64,000 nt of DNA from Bythopirellula sp. (GTDB taxonomy: Bacteria > Planctomycetota > Planctomycetia > Pirellulales > Lacipirellulaceae). The notes below the pieces were generated by a model. The model was not told the origin of the DNA and searched no databases. It worked only from the letters and a program-made list of their open reading frames with translations. The DNA lies in contig OZ244170.1 of assembly GCA_965216565.1 (NCBI GenBank), positions 352,001 through 416,000 of the forward strand, written 5' to 3'. Shown here in pieces: positions 58,448 to 64,000 of the stretch (the stretch's first letter is position 1; every line of letters begins with the position of its first letter). A program made the position numbers and the translations under genes.

Positions 58448-58712
58448 TTGATTGCTCTCCAAAACCTTACAGATAATTACTTTCGCTGTTCTTCTCTACG
58501 AAAGTTATTGGAGGGTTGTCAGGTGGAGTAGCATAGATACTTAAGTTAGGTGGCATGCTTGGAGCAATCGAACGTAGCCTCATCTGGCTTAATCAATATG
58601 ATTTAGATGGCTTTTCTTAGGGATGAACTCTGGTACATTAGGGTGTTAGGAAAATCCCTCGTTCTTGAGCCAGTCGTGATAGATTAGCCTGAGATTAAAG
58701 GCGTTATAAGTA

Positions 58713-59555
58713 ATGTCGCAGGACACCCTCAATCTCGGTGATTTCGACTCTTCTCTATGTCGACCTCTTGGTTGTACCTTCTATTTCATCACCTCAATAG
58801 TAATGGTCTTTGGGTACAAGGTTGATATTCTGTTCCCAATTGGTGGTGAGGACTGGTTTTGGGGAGTCCTGGTAACGGCAGGCGGTGCCGTTCTCTTCAT
58901 GTGGCCTATTGGTTTAGTTTTTCTGCTGCTCTCTATTCCGTTCATCAAATTACTCGGTAAAGGTCTAGGCTTTCTAGCTATCTTGCTATGTATGGTTCTA
59001 TTTTACCCCGCACTGAACGTAGCAATTGGAGTAAGCCAAGGACACTTTGAAGATAAGGCCAAGATTCTTCTTCGTATGGATAGAGAACGTGGAGTCCGTG
59101 AAGAGCTCCCCGAGGAGTTATCCCACAAGCGGGTGGAGTACTTTGTTTTTTTGACGGAGAGCGTAAACAGTTCGTTTCTAGATGCAAAGACAGCCTTTGA
59201 AAAACTGATTGATATCAACTTCATCAAGTCCCTACAGCCCAATATTGAGAAGCAAATGCAAATAGGGGAAATCGTCGATGAAAGCATTAAAGAGTTATCG
59301 AGAATGCAAGGCAGTATGCCCGCAAGAGAGGTACATGTGGACAATTGGAAATACTTTAACGGAGCATTCCTCGAGGCTTCACTGGAGATAAAACGACTAA
59401 GTGAAATACGCAGCATTCACTTTGAGGAGGGGGAATTATTAAGCGTTAATAGAGAGGCCCCAAAGACTCATAGCCCGCTAATGACTTTTCTTGCTTTTTG
59501 GTTTTTTGTTGGCATCGGCATGATCGTGATTAAAGGAATCATGAAGGGCAATTGA
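58713..59555 (+). CDS. Hypothetical membrane protein
   Basis: Three to four N-terminal hydrophobic segments, a helical soluble region and a C-terminal hydrophobic helix. Confidence 0.7.
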   Translation: MSQDTLNLGDFDSSLCRPLGCTFYFITSIVMVFGYKVDILFPIGGEDWFWGVLVTAGGAVLFMWPIGLVFLLLSIPFIKLLGKGLGFLAILLCMVLFYPALNVAIGVSQGHFEDKAKILLRMDRERGVREELPEELSHKRVEYFVFLTESVNSSFLDAKTAFEKLIDINFIKSLQPNIEKQMQIGEIVDESIKELSRMQGSMPAREVHVDNWKYFNGAFLEASLEIKRLSEIRSIHFEEGELLSVNREAPKTHSPLMTFLAFWFFVGIGMIVIKGIMKGN

Positions 59556-59587
59556 CTTGCTCAGCTACGAGTTCAGAAAGTGATGGC

Positions 59588-61111
59588 TCAGTCGTCACGA
59601 AAACTCTTTATGTCATCAGGTCCGAAGTCATCTTCTTCGTGTTCATCGTTAGCTCCGAGTGCATTCTCTATTTTTGTTGAATCCCATTCGGGTGCTTCCC
59701 AATCGTCCTCGAAGAACTGGGTTGGTAACCACTTCTTTCTCCCATCTGGTAACTTTTCAGGTTCCCAATAGGGTTGGAAGAACTTCTCTCTGATATTGAA
59801 GGGCTCAGCATGTTGATCGATGATATCTCGGGTAAATCCAGAAATTCGTCCATCGGACTTAATATTCCTGATGTCTTTTTCCGAGATGATAGTGTCCAGA
59901 ACCCTCGCCCCACCAACCTTTTTAGTTTGGCGTTCCTTATTCCATGGCTCATCTGCCGCTACGTTCTTTTCAGTCGAAGCCTCTTTCGGACCTAATAATT
60001 CGGCGGCCCATTTGGTATCTTTGGGGTCCTCAACTGCAAGAATCATTTTATTGCCAAGCTGACTAGTAAGCGTCTCTACGTTAGCTTCTGTTTTGAATGC
60101 CGAAACAAGAGAATGTCTTGTTTGGAAAGCCAATAGAGCAAAAATACCGAGCCAGCGACCTTCCAATAGAGTTGTTGATAGAGCTTCATGGTTTGAGAAT
60201 TTAGCAAACTCATCAATTATTATTGCAGTATTGAACGGCGAATCGTCACCTTCTTTAGGTGGATTCAAGTCCCGATTTAAGAGGATTGCTTGAAGACGTG
60301 TCATCACAGTGCGATTAAGCTCATTGAGCATAGAGCTAGGCTCTGTGTCAGCACCAAGCACTAGAATACCTTCTGTCTTGACCCAATTCTTCAAGCTAAC
60401 TGATTTGCCGTCCATCACGTGTTGATGCATGTAATCTGAGAGCCGTCTTAATCCTTCAAATCGTCCCCTCACATCGGCTTGAATATTATCAGCTGTTCGA
60501 TCAGAACCAAGATCGGCGAGAAGTTCGCGACCGTGCTGTCGGGTTGCAATAACCTTCCGCCTAAGATCAGGATTTAGCATGACGTAGACAAAATCCGTGA
60601 ATGTCCAGTCTTGCTTTAGTATGCTTTTTAGACCGAGAAGCGTATGGGTTATTAGTCCACGACTCATCTTATTAAAAAACATCGCGGCGTCATCGGTCCC
60701 AGTTGGCTCGGGGACTAAAGTGGCGGCAATTCCCATCGCATCATTCTCGTGAGCAACATCAGCGGCGATGTCCCAGGCATAAGCTCTTTTGTCATGCGGG
60801 TGCATAAGAATTAGATCTACGCCGCTGTCTTTTATTGCATAGATGTTGGAAGCGAACTCCGGCTTTGGGTCATAAATGATGAGACGTTGATTACTCCCTG
60901 GGAGTATGTAGGGAACGATATCATGTAGGATCGTATGTATGACTGTGCTTTTTCCACTCCCTGTCGCACCCATAATCATGAAATGACGTTCACGCACTTT
61001 CCTGAGAGGAAGTTTCTTACGGAAGTCACCCCAGAAAATCTTTCTTTCCGTTGGTTTTGGTCGAAACCAATTTCGTATTGCTGCAAAAAGTCCGGTTTTT
61101 TTTGTGGCCAT
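59588..61111 (-). CDS. Type IV coupling protein-like ATPase (TrwB/TraD DNA-binding domain)
   Basis: RHFMIMGATGSGKST (Walker A), IYDPKPEF, HPHDKRAYAWD, IIIDEF (Walker B), EGR..G...LAFQ, KWAAELLG. Confidence 0.88.
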   Translation of the reverse strand: MATKKTGLFAAIRNWFRPKPTERKIFWGDFRKKLPLRKVRERHFMIMGATGSGKSTVIHTILHDIVPYILPGSNQRLIIYDPKPEFASNIYAIKDSGVDLILMHPHDKRAYAWDIAADVAHENDAMGIAATLVPEPTGTDDAAMFFNKMSRGLITHTLLGLKSILKQDWTFTDFVYVMLNPDLRRKVIATRQHGRELLADLGSDRTADNIQADVRGRFEGLRRLSDYMHQHVMDGKSVSLKNWVKTEGILVLGADTEPSSMLNELNRTVMTRLQAILLNRDLNPPKEGDDSPFNTAIIIDEFAKFSNHEALSTTLLEGRWLGIFALLAFQTRHSLVSAFKTEANVETLTSQLGNKMILAVEDPKDTKWAAELLGPKEASTEKNVAADEPWNKERQTKKVGGARVLDTIISEKDIRNIKSDGRISGFTRDIIDQHAEPFNIREKFFQPYWEPEKLPDGRKKWLPTQFFEDDWEAPEWDSTKIENALGANDEHEEDDFGPDDIKSFRDD

Positions 61112-61116
61112 AGTGA

Positions 61117-61584
61117 TTATCTCCAAAAAAAGATGATTCTAAAGATGACCCTAAAGGCGGGGTCAGCCCACCCAGGCTCGCCTCTCCCACGATCATCTGC
61201 TTTCGACTCTGGAGGAACACAAAGGAACAGGTAGACTACTGCTGAAAAGAGAGCGGGAATCGTGCAGAGCCAGAAAGGAACTGCACTTAGGCTTTCTTTA
61301 GAGTGCAAGTACCCAGGTATCCCCCAGACGAAAAACATTGATAGCATCGAGAGAATAGCAAGGGCGTTTTTCTCCAAGAGGGAGAGGTTAAGAGCTTTAT
61401 GATAGAAAGAGACCGCGAAGTATGAGAAGGGGAGGAGGTAAGCATATACGAGAGTTGGGGAAGGGTTCTCAGGGAGAAAGGTATATTGAAATTCTTTGTC
61501 CTGTGCGATCAGGTAGTAGACGATTGCAGCCAGTGATGCAGCAAGTGCACAAGTAAGAGCAAGATGGAATATAGGTTTCAACAT
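61117..61584 (-). CDS. Small protein with about four transmembrane segments
   Basis: Hydrophobic 155-aa ORF between the relaxase and the coupling protein. Confidence 0.65.
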   Translation of the reverse strand: MLKPIFHLALTCALAASLAAIVYYLIAQDKEFQYTFLPENPSPTLVYAYLLPFSYFAVSFYHKALNLSLLEKNALAILSMLSMFFVWGIPGYLHSKESLSAVPFWLCTIPALFSAVVYLFLCVPPESKADDRGRGEPGWADPAFRVIFRIIFFWR

Positions 61585-61613
61585 GATGATGCCAGAGTTG
61601 GACAGACCGCTGT

Positions 61614-63998
61614 CTATTTGTCGTACGAGGTGTCGTGTGTAGGGGGCAGAACTTTTGGAGGAGCATTTTGTTCAGCGATTGAGGCAGCCAACTCATGGGC
61701 CATCTCTTGTCGCCGTGATCTTTCAAGTTGAGACTTAAGCGGGCCATCAAGAGGCTGCTGAACAGGCTTATTCTCGTAGTCATATTTTGGTGGAGCTAGG
61801 GTTCCTCGTGCTAACTGGGTAAGAACTTCGCCAGCACTGTGTTCCGTCGTGTATAGGTTAAGGGTCTTTTTGTGGCGACTCCCTTGAACATAGCTCATTT
61901 CTTTATCTGTCATTGAGTCCCCAAGTGCCACATACATGTTATCGATTGTTGCCCCTTGAAGTTTATGCACTGTATCTGCGTAGCTAAGGCGAAAAGCGGG
62001 GCGTTGATCGTGCTTATCCGGTTTGGCAAACTTGGTTCGACCGATGATTGTTTCTAAAGGGATGAGGCGAATATCATCATCGTTGGGCCTGTATTTGAAT
62101 GTAGGTTTTTCAGGGGCTTGCCTTAAAAGCTGGATTGCTGAGTGCTTGAGTAGCTCTGTCGCCTTTGTCTTTAGGGATTTTTTCGGCACGTCAATTTTCA
62201 CCGCGATCGCTTTAGTCCAGCCCCAATCTCGAATCCCAAGGATAATGCCCTCATCGCCGTTAAAGACTCGAAGCTTTCGTGAGTTCTTCTGGAACTTGAT
62301 TTTATCGCCCACATAGAAAGTAGTGTCATCGAACATTAACCGCTTCTTAGACTCTAGTTGACCTGCTTTGAGCCTGACTTGCTGTGCCGCAAGGTTTAAG
62401 GCATCAACTTGTTTGTTGGTTGAGGCAGCAATGACATGGCTGTCTGGATCTTCCGCACCACCTGCCTTCTCCCAATCTTTGATAATCTTCTCTTCTAGTT
62501 CGTGTGAGGTCTCAGAGACATTAAGAAACCCTTTTTCAGCATATGCTCTAAGGAAATCCTCAACTCTTGCCTCAGAGATGTCTATTGTGGCTTTTTTAGC
62601 CCAGTCTTTTTCTTGACGTTCAACTTTGACCAGCTTACTGCTTCCAAACATGTTGATGATTTGAGTAAACGCAGCACCGGGACCAACAGGAGGGAGTTGC
62701 TTATCGTCACCAACAACGATGAGGCGGGCACCTTGTTCCTCAACAGCTTTAACTAGTAGCTGCATGTCGCCTGTTGTAACCATGCTTGCTTCATCAAGCA
62801 CTAACACCTTCTTTTGGGATAGTTTTAGTTTCTCACGTTTGTAGGTCCACTTCTTTCGTGCAGCACGAGTCAGTTGTCGTAAGTGATGCTTTACTAGGTA
62901 TTTCTTCTCTGGGTAGATCTGCAAAAGTCGCATTTTGAGCGTATCGGTTGGTATGCCAGCTCCAGCTTGTAGCTCCTGACGTGCTCTATGAGTAGGAGTG
63001 AGGCCGATTACCTCATAGCCTTGAGCCTCATAAGCTTGTCGTGTTGCCGCAAGCATGGTGGTCTTACCAGTACCAGCTAAACCCGTCACAACACGCACGG
63101 TAGCGTCACCTAATACGAGATGCTGTACAGCCTCTGCCTGTTCAGAATTAAGTTCGAGAGAGAAATCACTACCTTTTTTATCAACAAGTTGAATTGGCTT
63201 ACTAAGAAGCTTCTCAACCTTCTTCTTGGATAGCTGTACTAGCTTCCTATCTTTCAAGGTATTTAGAGATTCAGTTAGCAACCGCTCAGATTCAAGGGTT
63301 GAGCTAGTAGTGAAGTATTGCTCGAAACTTCTGGTTCCCAGGTTATGCAATCTGCTTGAGTCAGCAACTTCCTTGTCAAACTGAGAAAGGAAGTAATCTG
63401 GCGTAACGCCAGAAGCTTGTAGCTGATGAGCAACTTCAAGCATAAGGTCTTTACGCGAGAAGTAGCTCTTGATGCTTTCTAGTGACTCAACTCCTTCAGA
63501 AAGTGACCGCCGTAGCACTGAGTACCTATCTGTCTTAGCTCGCCCTTTGCCTAACAACTCGCGTGCTTTGGAAAGGGTGAAGCCTACTTCGCTAGACTCA
63601 TGCCGCCAGCGATCAAACAGTTCGCTTCTTGCAGGAACTACGTCCTTCACTGCCCGAGTGGCTAGATTTGCTAAGGCAGCAGCTGAAGCGGTCTCAACAC
63701 CTTTCTTCCCAAGTTCTTTCTCAATTTGCTTACGTCTTTTAGAGAATGCATCCCTAACATCTTTGGATATTCCGGCAACTTCAAAAGAAGTATCATTCTG
63801 CTCAATTGCTAATCCAAGTTCTTGCTCAAGTATGTGGGCGAACTCCAGCCTATAGATTGCACCAGCAAGCATCTTATGCTGGTAAAAGGGTTTGCTTAGA
63901 AGAGCGCGAACATTTGAATCGGGGCAGAATCCAAGATTGAGAAGTAGGCAGTGAGTATGAAGCTGTGGGTCGAGTGCTCGACTAGTACTATGCTCAAA
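61614..63998 (-). CDS. MobF (TrwC/TraA-type) relaxase-helicase, 5'-truncated by the window edge
   Basis: The frame is open past the tracked ATG and reads FEHSTSRALDPQLHTHCLLLN (MobF three-His motif); FSKRR..I; SF1B helicase motifs GLAGTGKT, LDEASMV, VGDDKQL, ERQ, YADTVHKLQGAT, YVQGSRH. Confidence 0.93.
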   Translation of the reverse strand, partial: FEHSTSRALDPQLHTHCLLLNLGFCPDSNVRALLSKPFYQHKMLAGAIYRLEFAHILEQELGLAIEQNDTSFEVAGISKDVRDAFSKRRKQIEKELGKKGVETASAAALANLATRAVKDVVPARSELFDRWRHESSEVGFTLSKARELLGKGRAKTDRYSVLRRSLSEGVESLESIKSYFSRKDLMLEVAHQLQASGVTPDYFLSQFDKEVADSSRLHNLGTRSFEQYFTTSSTLESERLLTESLNTLKDRKLVQLSKKKVEKLLSKPIQLVDKKGSDFSLELNSEQAEAVQHLVLGDATVRVVTGLAGTGKTTMLAATRQAYEAQGYEVIGLTPTHRARQELQAGAGIPTDTLKMRLLQIYPEKKYLVKHHLRQLTRAARKKWTYKREKLKLSQKKVLVLDEASMVTTGDMQLLVKAVEEQGARLIVVGDDKQLPPVGPGAAFTQIINMFGSSKLVKVERQEKDWAKKATIDISEARVEDFLRAYAEKGFLNVSETSHELEEKIIKDWEKAGGAEDPDSHVIAASTNKQVDALNLAAQQVRLKAGQLESKKRLMFDDTTFYVGDKIKFQKNSRKLRVFNGDEGIILGIRDWGWTKAIAVKIDVPKKSLKTKATELLKHSAIQLLRQAPEKPTFKYRPNDDDIRLIPLETIIGRTKFAKPDKHDQRPAFRLSYADTVHKLQGATIDNMYVALGDSMTDKEMSYVQGSRHKKTLNLYTTEHSAGEVLTQLARGTLAPPKYDYENKPVQQPLDGPLKSQLERSRRQEMAHELAASIAEQNAPPKVLPPTHDTSYDK

Positions 63999-64000
63999 AG

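Larger units (their letters stand above)
57283..64000. mobile_element. Left part of a genomic island (integrative conjugative or mobilisable element) at the 3' end of tRNA-Lys
   Basis: Visible shift to AT-richer sequence after the tRNA; GTAGTG repeats at the junction; MobF relaxase and coupling protein; no integrase within the window. Confidence 0.8.

Noticed and set aside
58551..58568. TGGCATGCTTGGAGCA as a sigma-54 promoter
   Set aside because: The spacing fits but the -12 element is GAGC rather than TTGC; too weak to call

Overview
Chromosomal window from a Planctomycetota bacterium, probably Pirellulales (inferred from DUF1559, SHD1, DUF1573, PDZ-containing YidC and Cys-rich outer-membrane barrels). 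All family calls come from motif recognition by eye, not database searches. From left to right: (1) a 5'-truncated DUF1559 gene and an orphan PhnD-like binding protein; (2) a ~13 kb variant of the ygeW/ygeY/ssnA/ygfK/carbamate-kinase/Xdh/MocA anaerobic purine (urate) degradation cluster, with a shortened YgfK and two fold-type II PLP enzymes but no recognisable ygeX or hyuA, ending next to tRNA-Ser(GCT); (3) housekeeping and planctomycete-type genes (hppA, holB, purQ, purL with fused PurS-like domain, tyrA, hemG, typA, galK, tsaB, yidC, mnmE); (4) the best candidate for an undescribed system, at 41.9-48.6 kb: two paralogous Sec-exported small proteins carrying a double-glycine-like pro-leader, a Cys-rich outer-membrane barrel, a FapF-like barrel with a long Trp-motif linker, and a stand-alone exported C39 peptidase (FapD-like). 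This looks like a Fap-like fibre/amyloid export locus with non-Fap subunits and a shared upstream DNA motif; (5) tRNA-Leu(TAG) and tRNA-Lys(TTT), followed by an AT-richer island with arm-site-like repeats, a TrwB/TraD-like coupling ATPase and a MobF relaxase-helicase that runs off the window end. Two copies of a ~100-bp composite REP-like element with co-varying outer stems are also present. No CRISPR array or rRNA was seen.
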